The notes beneath the pieces are model-generated. The model made no database searches. It saw nothing but the letters and a program-made list of their open reading frames with translations, and was not told the origin of the DNA. DNA of 64,000 nt from an uncultured delta proteobacterium (GTDB lineage Bacteria > Desulfobacterota > Desulfobacteria > Desulfobacterales > Desulfosalsimonadaceae): NCBI GenBank assembly GCA_963826785.1, contig CAWGYD010000006.1, positions 704,001 through 768,000 of the forward strand, in the 5' to 3' direction. Every line of letters starts with the position of its first letter. The stretch's first letter is position 1. Below are positions 11,155-21,348 of the stretch, piece after piece. A program made the translations under genes and the position numbers.

Positions 11155-12705
11155 TGATATGGTTGACAGTTGTCAAGAGAAAAAAGTACTTCCTGCCAAC
11201 TGTTTTTCAGCGGTCCTTGTCGTGGTTATATTCCAAGGCACCCAAAGGGGCGGAACCGATAGCGACGGGAGATCACTCTGATATTCGCGGGTTGGTTACG
11301 GCATGCCTTAGCTTCGTCGCGGAGCTGCCTCGGTCTAGGTCCGCGAAGTCGGCCTTAAGGCTTATCCAATAGTGCTTTCAGGGTTCTCCTGGCCGTGGTT
11401 GCGCCCCTATGGCTGCCTTTAAATGCTTTTTTCGTTTTAAACTTCCTTTATTTGCAAATGCGTCCGTTGTAATGGGTTCTTTGTTATGCCGCTACTGGAG
11501 TTTTGTTTCATTGGCGATCGCCCACATGAAAGCACAAAGTTCTCTTGCGATGGCAGTTACGATGACTTGTTTCACTTTGCCTTTGGCCCATAGGTGCCGG
11601 TAGCGTGAACATAGTCGGAGTTGGGCTTTCCATGCAATGTCGCAAATAGATTGTGGTAAGTCTTCTTGCCGTTTGACGATACCCGGCTGACTCTGGCCGG
11701 CAGCCGGTAGGCCAGGCAGCCTCAACCAATACACGCCGCACATGGCCATTGCCGGTCTTGGTGATCGAGCCGCGCCTGATCTTTTGGCCGCTGGAAGATT
11801 CCGACGGCACCAGGCCCAGGTAGCTCATCAGCTCGGCAGGATTTTCAAATCGTTTCAGGTCGCCGATTTCGGCAATCGTCGTGGCCGCCACGATCATTGA
11901 AACACCGCGCTGCTCTGAAGCGCTTGAACGACCGGAACAGTTGCCATTCGGGCAACAGCTGCAGGATCTGATCGGTTAACCGCTGTACCCGATCTTTGCA
12001 CTGGTTAAGGGTGCCGATATACTCCTGCAGGACGACCTGCTGTGACCGGTGGGGCATCTTAATGTCGGACAGCCAGCGCATATGGGCCTGGCTCCGCGAT
12101 GCCCGGCCCGTATAGCGGATGCCGCTGCGAAGCAAAAAGGCCAGCAGACGCTGTTTGCTTTTTTTCTCATCGCCCTTGGCATCCTCCCGGGCTCGTCAGA
12201 TTCTGACGGCCTCGTCCTCAGCCAGGGGAACGTGAACAGCGGTCAGTTCACCGGCGCGATGCAAGCGGGCAAGCATCAGGGCATCCCGGCGATCGTTTTT
12301 GATCTGCTTGCCACTGGGTTTGGGGATCCTGGAAGGAGCCACTACCGAGCAATCGAAGCCCCGGGAAGTGAGGTGGCGGTAGATCTGGTATCCGCAGGGG
12401 CCGGCCCCATATCCAAAATGCAGCCGGTTGCCTTTGCTGACCAATTTTCGAACCACCTTGTCTATTGATGCAAGGGTGCCGTCTATTTGGCCGTAGTGCA
12501 GGATCTCTCCGTCACAGCCGGTTTTCGCAATGGCGATATCGATGGAATTTTTATGGACGTCCATACCAATAAATGTGCTATTCTCTGTCATGACCTGCCT
12601 CCTTGGTTTTGGCTCTGTGTTGGGTGGTTTAAAATGACTTCCAACATAACCCACGTTTGCAAGGATGGCAGGTCTTTTAATTATCAATGGGTGTGCCAAG
12701 TGTGA
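11155..12705 (-). mobile_element. IS110-family element with frameshifted DEDD recombinase (~11492-12591)
   Basis: FIGMDVHK, KNDRRDA, SYLGLVPSESSSG, GNGHVRRVLVEAAW and AIAREL motifs; TGA at both putative ends (11155-11157, 12703-12705); end positions are inferred. Confidence 0.85.
11200..11410 (-). ncRNA. Candidate bridge/guide RNA in the IS110 downstream non-coding end
   Basis: About 330-bp non-coding segment 3' of the recombinase containing stem-forming TTCGCGGA..CTCCGCGACGAA; IS110-family ends are known to encode such RNAs; boundaries approximate. Confidence 0.45.
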
Positions 12706-12710
12706 GGTCA

Positions 12711-12774
12711 GCGAAATTCATCATGGCCGAGAATGGGCCCTCAAAAGCTCGTCGGAGGCCATGATGAATTTCGC
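12711..12774. repeat. 18-bp perfect inverted repeat with 28-nt loop; loop recurs at 27912-27939
   Basis: GCGAAATTCATCATGGCC / GGCCATGATGAATTTCGC. Confidence 0.85.
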
Positions 12775-12782
12775 GGCTTGTA

Positions 12783-12881
12783 CTTGCCGACACAAATTGC
12801 TCTGCTATCTGTCAACCATTATGTCTAAATCTATCAATCCTTGGCACCCCAAAAACGGCATTACTGCCAGACCCATAGCCG
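12783..12881 (+). repeat. ~100-bp array repeat, copy 6
   Basis: CTTGCC...AATCTATCAATCCTT...GGCATTACTGCCAGACCCATAGCCG. Confidence 0.85.
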
Positions 12882-13123
12882 AAGTGCAGACTCTAAATTC
12901 TGCTAAGAAGGTAGGCTTATTGGATCGGTAACACCTGAATTGATGGGAATGCTTTCGTCTTTGGCCTCTCCGATTATCTCCAATCTCTTGTTAATGGGAG
13001 AGATAGAAAAACCCTTGTGACACCCTTTCTTGTTAAAGATCTAACAATGATTAAAGATTACAGAAAATCCGTACCACAAGATCACAAAGTTTTTGGGTGG
13101 GATAACATCATCATCGGAACGTT

Positions 13124-14350
13124 ATGAGCCAATACAACAATTACCTTAAAGCAGAATTACTCTCCCCACCCCGAACCGCACCCGTGCTGATCTTAATGCG
13201 AAATCCCCCATCGCCCTGACCATCCTTCGGTCTCTGTGCCGCCGCAATGTATCAGTTGATGCACTATTCGGCAGGCAAGGATTTCAGGACAAATACCAAG
13301 TGATCGTCCGGTCCAGCCGGCATATCCGCCGGCAATTTTATTTTTCAGAAGAAGATTACGACGCGGCGTGCTTGGCTGCCTTGACGGCGATAGCAAAAAA
13401 TTATGATCAAAAGGCGGTCCTCAACCCGCTAAGCGACCGGACATGCTGTTTTTGTCTGGTACCGGGAAACACTTTCCCGGCATTATCTTTTACATGTCCC
13501 AGCCCATGACCGTGTTGTCGCACTTCTTAACAAAATCAGGTTTGCCAGACTGGCTGCAAAATACAATTTGCCTATACCCGAAACCTATACCCCGGAATCG
13601 GCTGAAGAGATTGCCAGAATATCAATCATCTGATATATCCTTGCATTCTCAAGCCGGATTGGCGGCAGACGCAGTGGGATGAGATCTTCCGGTCGCAGAA
13701 AGTCGTTGTTTGTCAAGATTCCCGCAATATGTCGCCCATATCGGAAGCGAACAGGAATGGGGATGCGATGTCTGGTTCAGGAAATCATTCCCGGATCGGA
13801 CGATCGGATCTATTGCGTATTCGGCGTGTGGACGAACAGTCCCGGCCATTGGCCGTGCACGTCTGCAAAAAGCTTCGCCAATCTCCGCCCTTGTTCGGCA
13901 ATACGGCCTTGGCCGATCTCTGCATCATCTGGAAGTGGAATCCCTTTATAAAAACATTTGCAATCAGCTGGGGCTGACGGGATATATCAGCATTGAATTC
14001 AAGAAGGACGAACGGAATGGCTGCTTCAAAATGGTTGAGATCACGCCAGCCCGGCCTAATCGCCAGTCGGCATTGCCGTAGCCGCCTGCGTGGACATTCC
14101 CTTTGTCTGGTATCGGTGGCTGGCCCATGCTCCCGTCTCATTTTCCGGCTCCTACAAGACCGGAATCCGATGGGTGAGCGAAGTGATGGATCTGCGATGT
14201 CTGCCGTCATATGTGTGCCGTCACCATACGGAATCTGGGACATCATCGCTTCCTACGCCCGGGTGCGGCAATCAGAAATTCTTTCATTTGGCGATATGGT
14301 ACCCTTTCTCATGTTCCTCGCATATCCATTGATGCGGCTTGCGGGCATAA
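13124..14350 (+). pseudogene. ATP-grasp carboxylate-amine ligase-like protein, many frameshifts
   Basis: LVQEIIPGSDDRIY, KKLRQSPPLFG and GYISIEFKKDERNGCFKMVEI fragments in different frames. Confidence 0.7.
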
Positions 14351-14419
14351 ACTTCGCAACAAGATTCTTTCGAAAAAATTTTCCTGAATTTTTCCAGAAA
14401 TTCTCGCGCAAGGACTTTT

Positions 14420-14519
14420 CTTGCCAGCTGGATCGTAATTCTGTCATTTTTGCCCCACAAAAATTAGATCTGGCAATCTTCTGCCATCCAAAAGCCGAAT
14501 TACTATTTATCCATAGCCG
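14420..14519 (+). repeat. ~100-bp array repeat, copy 7
   Basis: CTTGCCAG...TTAGATCTGGCAATCTTC...AATTACTATTTATCCATAGCCG. Confidence 0.85.
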
Positions 14520-14677
14520 TATTCTCGGCCTCACAACGGCTTTTTTATGATTTAAGTTAATTTGACAGTCCACTAACATGGAATAATGATTGAAACATAA
14601 GTCTCCTTTCGAGTCAAACCGTGCAGTTAGAAATAAATGCCAATCTGAGGTTAAAGGGTGATTCAAAAAGCAATAAG

Positions 14678-15324
14678 ATGGTTCTCTAAAAAAAGTTGTT
14701 ATAGCTGAGGACCATCAATTATTTCGGGAGGCATTGAAGGCGATTCTCTTAGAACGCAAGGACTTGGAAGTAATTGGGACTAATGACGGATTTGCCGCAT
14801 TGCAAATTGTTTCGACAAGCCCTCCCGACCTGTTGCTTCTGGATCTTTCCATGCCGCGCCTGAATGGCATCAGTGTCATAAAGGATGCTAAACGAGTCCA
14901 TCCGGACATTATCATTCTGGTAATTACCATTCATGAATCAAATGGGTATGTGCAGGAAGCATTCGAAGCCGGGGTTAACGGATACTGCATCAAAGATACA
15001 GGAAAGGATGAGTTTCTGATTGCAATCCAAAGTGTACTGAGCGGAAAAACTTACATCAGCCCGGGGGTGGCCGCTAACGTAATGGAAGGTTACCTGAAAG
15101 GGCGAAAACATTTGAAGGAAAGATCTCTCCGGTACGCCCCCACCCGGCGAGAGCGGGAGGTTTTAAAGCTAATTAACGAGGGTTACAAAAGACAGGAAAT
15201 TGTTGATATACTTCATATCAGCCCAAAAACAGTTGAAAAGCACAAATCCAAGTTAATGAAGAAACTCGATATGCATAATGCGAATAGCCCGAGAGAGAAG
15301 ATTGACATCACAGAGGCAATCTGA
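14678..15324 (+). CDS. NarL/LuxR-family response regulator (start region disrupted)
   Basis: VIAEDHQLFRE..PDLLLLDLSMP receiver domain; TRREREVLKLI..ISPKTVEKH LuxR HTH. Confidence 0.88.
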
Positions 15325-15376
15325 GATTACAGCAACCTCAGATTGCTGCTGATACCCATTTTAAGGGAGGAATGAT

Positions 15377-15544
15377 ATGTTGGGCTGGGCACTTACATTT
15401 TTGGTCATTGCCATTATCGCCGGTGTGCTTGGATTCGGAGGAATAGCGGGTACGGCGGCTGGAATCGCCAAAATCCTGTTCCTTATTTTTATCGTGATAT
15501 TCGTGGTTTTCATCATTATCGGCCGGCGTCCGCCGTCTCCCTAA
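15377..15544 (+). CDS. DUF1328 (UPF0391/YtjA-like) small membrane protein
   Basis: Manual translation [63 protein letters not shown]. Confidence 0.9.
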   Translation: MLGWALTFLVIAIIAGVLGFGGIAGTAAGIAKILFLIFIVIFVVFIIIGRRPPSP

Positions 15545-15624
15545 TGAATCATAGGTCACCTCTATAAATTTAAATTAATTTAAGAATACTGAATGGCGAT
15601 TAGCTTTTTTAGCTGTGCACAATT

Positions 15625-15723
15625 TTCGCCATTTTGATGAAGCAACCTCGCCTTATTACCCGTGAATCTTGGATCTGGCATCCTCAATTGCGAAGAACCG
15701 AGATTACTGTCGAGGCATAGCCG
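15625..15723 (+). repeat. ~100-bp array repeat, copy 8
   Basis: TTCGCCA...CCCGTGAATCTTGGATCTGGCATCCTC...GATTACTGTCGAGGCATAGCCG. Confidence 0.85.
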
Positions 15724-15760
15724 ATATATGCTTGATGGATAATCCTCTCCCAAAGTTCTA

Positions 15761-16237
15761 TTAGAAGGACTCGAGAAAACGTATACGCAGCAATGCGATG
15801 AAGGCAGTCAGAACCAGCACATAGCTGATTGCATGCCCGAACTCCCAGCGCAGGCGATAGCTTGACCAGTCGGGTGGCAGGGTCGCGGGTGTCCAAGATG
15901 CAAATGCCGCATTTACTGGCGCAACCAGTAAAAAAAGACTACAAGTGCTCCGGTGAGGAACACGCTGCCGTCAGCATCAGGCCCGAAGAATTGAGCGACT
16001 TTTATCTGAAAGAAAGAACAGCATCCAAGCCCCTATGATAGCCATAATCTCGAATGGACCGATAAAGTGCCCCCATCCGCGATATAGATTCTGCTGGACG
16101 GCAAGCCAAAGAGGACCATTGAGGGCTAATTTATTGGGCAATTCCACTACGTGAGCCCCAAGTGCGGTCAAAGTAATGGCAGTACAAAGCAGGCTGATCC
16201 AGTATACGATACGAAAAAGCAAGGTCGTACCTCCCAT
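15761..16237 (-). pseudogene. DUF1772-like membrane protein, frameshifted
   Basis: GAHVVELPNKLAL..QQNLYRGW, then VAPVNAAFASWTPATLPPDWSSYRLRWEFGH in another frame. Confidence 0.65.
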
Positions 16238-16288
16238 CTTCAACTGCCTCTTCTTCAGCATTGCATTGGTTCAAGAGTGAATTGAATA

Positions 16289-16738
16289 TCAATCCGGAAT
16301 TTCGGCTTCGACGAGTTTCGCCAAGAGAGGACAAGCGACTCCTGCCAACCCAAATAGCAAGCCTCCGGAGGAATGGCATCGGGCACGCCTTCCTGCACGA
16401 TGTTCAACTCGGTTCCGACAGACACCTCTTTCAAGGATACGGTCACCTGCATTTCCCCCGGCAAGGTTCGGGTCATCAAATTTGTCCGTGTAGCGGATGC
16501 GTTCATGCGGCACAAGTTCAAGATACTTTCCGCCGAATGAGTGGCTGTTTCCTGTGGTGAAATTCGTGAATGACATCTTGTGCGTGCCGCCGACACTGGG
16601 ATCCAGGTGGTGAACTTTACCGGTGAAACCATTTGGCGGCAGCCATTTGGCCATTGCGTCGGCATCCAGAAACGCCCGATAGATCCTTTCGGGCGTTGCG
16701 CGGAGTACGCGGTGAAGCCGGATGGTGTTCGTTGACAT
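16289..16738 (-). CDS. SRPBCC/AHSA1-like protein (local frameshifts)
   Basis: IRLHRVLRATPERIYRAFLDADAMAKWLPP..GGKYLELVPHERIRYTD; the alternative frame gives GTELNIVQEG..CYLGWQESL. Confidence 0.85.
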   Translation of the reverse strand: MSTNTIRLHRVLRATPERIYRAFLDADAMAKWLPPNGFTGKVHHLDPSVGGTHKMSFTNFTTGNSHSFGGKYLELVPHERIRYTDKFDDPNLAGGNAGDRILERGVCRNRVEHRAGRRARCHSSGGLLFGLAGVACPLLAKLVEAEIPD

Positions 16739-16859
16739 GATTCGAGTTCCTCCATTTTGCCATAGTCCATAAAAGCGGCAGATCAGATCTTTATAATAAT
16801 TTGGTTACTGATTGGAGCATTCTTCAAGGATTGGAGAGCGGTTATACAGGCGAACAATA

Positions 16860-17199
16860 AGCGTTCAGTATTTTAAAGATATGCCGCCACAAAGCGATAT
16901 GACATTTTCATCTGCGGGTGGCGAACGCGTCCTTCACGCTGCGATAGAAATCGGCAAAGATACACTAATGTCTCCGATGCGCCGGAAGGGCAGGATGATA
17001 CCGTAATAATGGGGACCCAGACCCATGTATTCATTCAGCCGGACAGCAAAACAGAAGCCGATGGCATGTTCGCTTTGCTTTCTGACGGTGGTGAAATAAC
17101 AATGCCCATGGCGATCCAATTCTGGGGCGATTACTTCGGCATGTGCATCGACAATTCGGCGTCCGGTGGATGATTAATTACCATGAGGTCGAAAAATAA
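16860..17199 (+). pseudogene. VOC/PhnB-family protein remnant
   Basis: RVLHAAIEIG, QFWGDYFGMCID and GVRWMINY fragments. Confidence 0.6.
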
Positions 17200-17255
17200 A
17201 ACGGCATTGCCTGGCATGCCATCTTATCCCTAATTGGAATTAGGAGGATTAAAAT

Positions 17256-17599
17256 ATGAAATTTTTGTGTCTTGCATATGGCGATGAAGAAGGATGGAAC
17301 TGATTGCCGGAACTCGATATACAGGATGCCCTCACCCAGGATGCGATGATACGGGACAGGGGAATTTCATGTCGGTAGTGCAGCCAAAAGTCACATCTGT
17401 AAGAAACTGGGATATGCAACTGGAAATTACCCGCGAGCCCCATGCCCGATCTGAACTTCCACTCGTGGGGTTTTCGGTGATTGAGGCCGAGAATGTGCGG
17501 GAGGTCGTTGAGCTTGTATCAAATATCCCATGCGCGCTGGCAAGAGGCGTAATCGAAATTTGGCCCTTTTGGGATGTTACCCATCCGACAACCAAATGA
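17256..17599 (+). pseudogene. YciI/DGPF-family protein, frameshifted
   Basis: MKFLCLAYGDE... then LVGFSVIEAENVREVVELVSNIPCA..GVIEIWP. Confidence 0.7.
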
Positions 17600-17625
17600 A
17601 GTTCGGAGACATCCTCTATGGAGAA

Positions 17626-18113
17626 ATGACATGCAAAGCCGGCAAAAATACGATTTGTCTTTGGTACGATGGCGACGCCGAGGAAGCGGCGCGATTTTAC
17701 GCCGAGACATTTCCTGATTCGTCCGTCGGCGCGGTGCACCGCGCGCCAGGAGACTTTCCCTCCGGGAAGAAAGGGGACGTGTTGACGGTCGAGTTCACCG
17801 TGATGGGCATTCCCTGCATCGGACTCAACGGCGGGCCCGGTTCAAGCACAACGAGGCGTTCTCGTTTCAAGTCGCAACCGCCGACCAGGCCGAAACGGAT
17901 CGCTACTGGAACGCGATCGTCGACAACGGTGGCCAGGAGAGCGTATGCGGTTGGTGCAAGGACAAATGGGGCGTGTCTTGGCAGATCACGCCGATCGCCC
18001 TGACAAAAGCGATCACCGATCCCGATCCCGATGTCGCCAAGCGAGCGTTCGACGCGATGATGCAGATGAAAAAGATCGACATCGCTGCAATCGAGGCGGC
18101 AGGTCGCGGTTGA
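17626..18113 (+). pseudogene. VOC-family (3-dmu-9_3-mt/PhnB-like) protein, one frameshift
   Basis: ICLWYDGDAEEAARFYAETFP..GLNGGP, then CGWCKDKWGVSWQITP..MQMKKIDIAAIEAA. Confidence 0.85.
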
Positions 18114-18208
18114 CCAGTGCAGCCAAGATGCCGAACCTCTGCACCTGACCGGCGGGGTAAGTCGCCTTCTTAGCGGTGTCCCGCGGCAGGTGAACTTTGT
18201 CATCCAGA

Positions 18209-18308
18209 CCGCCAACCTTGCCACGAAATGCGTCGCCTTTTAACCCTCCTGAACACTGGACCTGGAACTTCGCAGGCGAATTTCTGGGTTACTGCCAGGC
18301 CATCACCT
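18209..18308 (+). repeat. ~100-bp array repeat, copy 9 (diverged)
   Basis: GCCAACC...CGCCTTTT..CCTGAACACTGGACCTGG...GGTTACTGCCAGGCCATCACC. Confidence 0.7.
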
Positions 18309-18399
18309 AAGTGCTCCCCTAATCAGAATACCTTTCCGCTGCGATATGGCCACCATATGCCAGGGTTAATTTGATATGCCCTGGATACCCTGGTGTGAG

Positions 18400-18728
18400 T
18401 CAGGCATGAGGAAAAATTTTCTGGAATTTCATGGCCAGCCCAAAGTCTCCCGATACTTTAATTTTGCCGGTTGTAAAGGCAAGCATCGGGTTCACCGTGT
18501 TATTAAAAAGGCCAAGCCAGGTTTTATCGGCCATCTTGACAGTAACAGTTGGCGAAACATGAATTCCTTTTTCAATTCTTAATGTCCCATTTGTAATAAT
18601 GATTTGATAGTCTCCACCATCTTCGCCCGATAAATGATATTGCAGTACTGCATTTAGTGCCCAGCATCTTCGTTATCAAAGTCTCTTTCCAATCGTTCTA
18701 TGATCTGACTGACTTTTGTTAATTCCAT
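18400..18728 (-). pseudogene. SCP2 sterol/lipid-binding domain protein, frameshifted
   Basis: LQYHLSGEDGGDYQIII..PTVTVKM..NPMLAFTTGKIKVSGDFGLAMKFQ. Confidence 0.75.
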
Positions 18729-18871
18729 TTTACTTTCCTCCCGGTGTTACGTTGTTTCTTTGATCATGCAATTGAAAACCCCAATAGAAGCATGTTAAAG
18801 CCGTCCATTTTTACCCGAAATGGGGTATGGAACTCCCCGGCGGTTCTTCCGGCCTTTCGTATAATCCGGCT

Positions 18872-19936
18872 TCATAAAATTTCTCCAAAAGCTGAAGGTG
18901 CAATAAATGGCGTTCCAGAGCATGCGGATAATCCCGTTCCATGTAAAGGTTCTTCGGATATTCCGGCCATTTTTTCATAAATCTGTTTCCATAATCCCGA
19001 GCGCATCTGAACATTATGCGCAGACTGCGGCGACTTGGCTCTGTATTCCCGAAGCGCCCGGATATCAATTTTTGCCGGTACGGCGGTCACGTTATCATGG
19101 TTCACTTTGGTAAGGATTTTGCCCTGATAATCGACAATCATGGATTGTCCCCCCAAGAGGGTGTAAGAAGTCTGCTTTTCAACGGTGGTGTAATATGGAG
19201 CGTTGTTCGGGCAAACGAGATAGCATAAATTCTCAAAGGCATGCGATATGGCGGAGGCCTCCCATATTCCCCAGGAAACCAGGGGTTCGGGCCAAGTCGG
19301 ACGGATGATGATTTCCGCCCCATTTACCGCCAGGGCACGAAATGATTCAGAAAAAAATGTTTCAGCACATATTGAAAAACCGATATTTCCAATATCCGTT
19401 TTTGCCACCGGATAGAGTGTTTCCAGTGAACTTCCGTACTTTTCAGTCCATTTTTCCCATATGTCATAGGGGCTTGCCGATCCTTCAACCACCCCGATCA
19501 CGTTTTTGGTGTGCTTCAGGATAATTTCCCCTTTTGGTGAAATCAGGAAGCCCTGGTTCATAAAACGATCTTCTGTAACGTCCGGGTCCACTACTTTTGC
19601 CTGAGCGGCAATGTAGATATCATATTCCTTTGCTTTTCTGGCCAGTTGCGCCGTCTCTTCGCCGGGAATCCGAATCGCAATGTCCCTGCAGTAAGTGGCA
19701 TGATCCATGTGATTCAATTCGTCGTAGAATCCCTGGAGAGATCCTTCCGCCAAGGCAACCAGCTTCACCGCTCCCCCTCCGACAAGATAGGAATTAATGA
19801 ACGCGTTATCGATCAGTTCTATCTGATTTTTCAGGTTTTTCTGGACATCATTCTTATTTGTGCAGCCATACGCCATGGGCTGCAATGCCACCGCAGTATA
19901 GGTGGGATATTCAAGTTTCGATCCTTCATTCATCAT
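18872..19936 (-). CDS. Nitrilase-superfamily carbon-nitrogen hydrolase (C-terminus probably frameshifted)
   Basis: E (ALAEG), K (HTKN), C (SICAE) triad; GGQSMIVDYQG. Confidence 0.85.
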   Translation of the reverse strand: MMNEGSKLEYPTYTAVALQPMAYGCTNKNDVQKNLKNQIELIDNAFINSYLVGGGAVKLVALAEGSLQGFYDELNHMDHATYCRDIAIRIPGEETAQLARKAKEYDIYIAAQAKVVDPDVTEDRFMNQGFLISPKGEIILKHTKNVIGVVEGSASPYDIWEKWTEKYGSSLETLYPVAKTDIGNIGFSICAETFFSESFRALAVNGAEIIIRPTWPEPLVSWGIWEASAISHAFENLCYLVCPNNAPYYTTVEKQTSYTLLGGQSMIVDYQGKILTKVNHDNVTAVPAKIDIRALREYRAKSPQSAHNVQMRSGLWKQIYEKMAGISEEPLHGTGLSACSGTPFIAPSAFGEIL

Positions 19937-20071
19937 ATGACTCCTCCCGGTTTGATTGAAAATTTCAACGCCCGTTTATTTGACAATGAATTATAATCAA
20001 AGTAAATATGGAGGTATCGGCAAATTACGAATATATTTTGACATTCTGCGAAAAATTTCAGGGCGGGCACA

Positions 20072-21109
20072 TTGAGTCGGAAAGGATCATATCAGGCGAC
20101 GGGCTATTATACTGTTTCGGTCGAATATATCCGCCTTGCCATGAATTATGTCGCGCAGACCGGATTCGATCCGGATCGGATATACAAAAAAGCCGGTTTC
20201 GATGCGTCCATCCTGAAAACGCCTGGTGCCCGTATCCCGCTTGATCAATTCAAAGCCATCTGGGACAAATTGGAAGAGGAATTTCCGGACCCGGATCTCG
20301 GTTTGCATGCCGGCGAAACTATATTACATCTCCCGGGTCACATTCTTTTTCTGCTGATGCTAAATGCGCCCACTCTGCGGGACGCCATTGAAAAATTTTG
20401 CAGCTATTTCAATTTAATGGCCGATTTTGCCACGCCTGATTTTCAGATAGGGAGCGATTTTGCAGCCATCTCCATCCAATTTCATCAAAAAGAGTTTCCA
20501 CTCACCCGTAATCTGAACGAAGGAATACTGTCGGCATATGCCTCTGTGCTCAGTCGCATATCAGAAAATAAAATCCGGTTTAAAGGTGTCTACTTCATGC
20601 ATCCCAGTCCAAGGGACACCTCCGAACACCATAGAATTTTTGGAGCCCCCATCTTCTTTGACCAGGCCGAAAACAGGCTTGTTTTTGACAATGAATACCT
20701 GAGCCTGCCGGTTTTACTCTCTAATAATGAGGTTCTTGAGACGCTCGAACGCACTGCCCGAAAACTCCAGGAAAGACTCTACGCAAAAGGACCTTGGAGT
20801 GAGAAGGTTGCCAGACTGATAATTGATATGATGAAGGGGCAAAAGCCTGAAATCGATTTCATCGCAAGGAAATTGGCAGTCAGCCCTCGAAACCTTCAGA
20901 TCCGGCTGAGAGAGGAGGGGGAGACATATCAGCATCTTCTTGATCAAGTCAGAAAAGAGCAGGCCCTGTATTTTTTGGAAAATGAAAATTTATCGATAAG
21001 CGAAATCAGTTTTCTCTTGGGGTATTCCGAGCAAAGTGTTTTTTCCAGGGCTTTCAAGCAATGGGTCGGTTGCACACCCGGACAATACCGCTCCAAACTG
21101 GCGACATAG
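20072..21109 (+). CDS. AraC-family transcriptional regulator
   Basis: APTLRDA N-terminal domain; C-terminal ISEISFLLGYSEQSVFSRAFKQWVGCTPGQYR. Confidence 0.93.
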   Translation: MSRKGSYQATGYYTVSVEYIRLAMNYVAQTGFDPDRIYKKAGFDASILKTPGARIPLDQFKAIWDKLEEEFPDPDLGLHAGETILHLPGHILFLLMLNAPTLRDAIEKFCSYFNLMADFATPDFQIGSDFAAISIQFHQKEFPLTRNLNEGILSAYASVLSRISENKIRFKGVYFMHPSPRDTSEHHRIFGAPIFFDQAENRLVFDNEYLSLPVLLSNNEVLETLERTARKLQERLYAKGPWSEKVARLIIDMMKGQKPEIDFIARKLAVSPRNLQIRLREEGETYQHLLDQVRKEQALYFLENENLSISEISFLLGYSEQSVFSRAFKQWVGCTPGQYRSKLAT

Positions 21110-21210
21110 CTTGCCAACCCCTGTAACAATCCCGCATTTTCTGTCCCATGAACATTTGATCTGGCAATCCTCTGAACACCAAAATCCGCATTGCTGCCAG
21201 TCCATAGCCG
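21110..21210 (+). repeat. ~100-bp array repeat, copy 10 (starts directly after the AraC stop codon)
   Basis: CTTGCCAACCCCTGTAACAATCCCGCATTTTCTGTCCCATGAACATTTGATCTGGCAATCCTC...GCATTGCTGCCAGTCCATAGCCG. Confidence 0.92.
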
Positions 21211-21348
21211 GATGGTTGAGTTAACTTGTATGAATTTCTTCGCCTGCCACATTGTGGCAATTCTCTTGACAAATAAACCCTGTAATTCATAATGACTGTA
21301 AATATCTTATCATGATTAGAAGGTTTCTTTTTTCGATAAATTTTCAAA

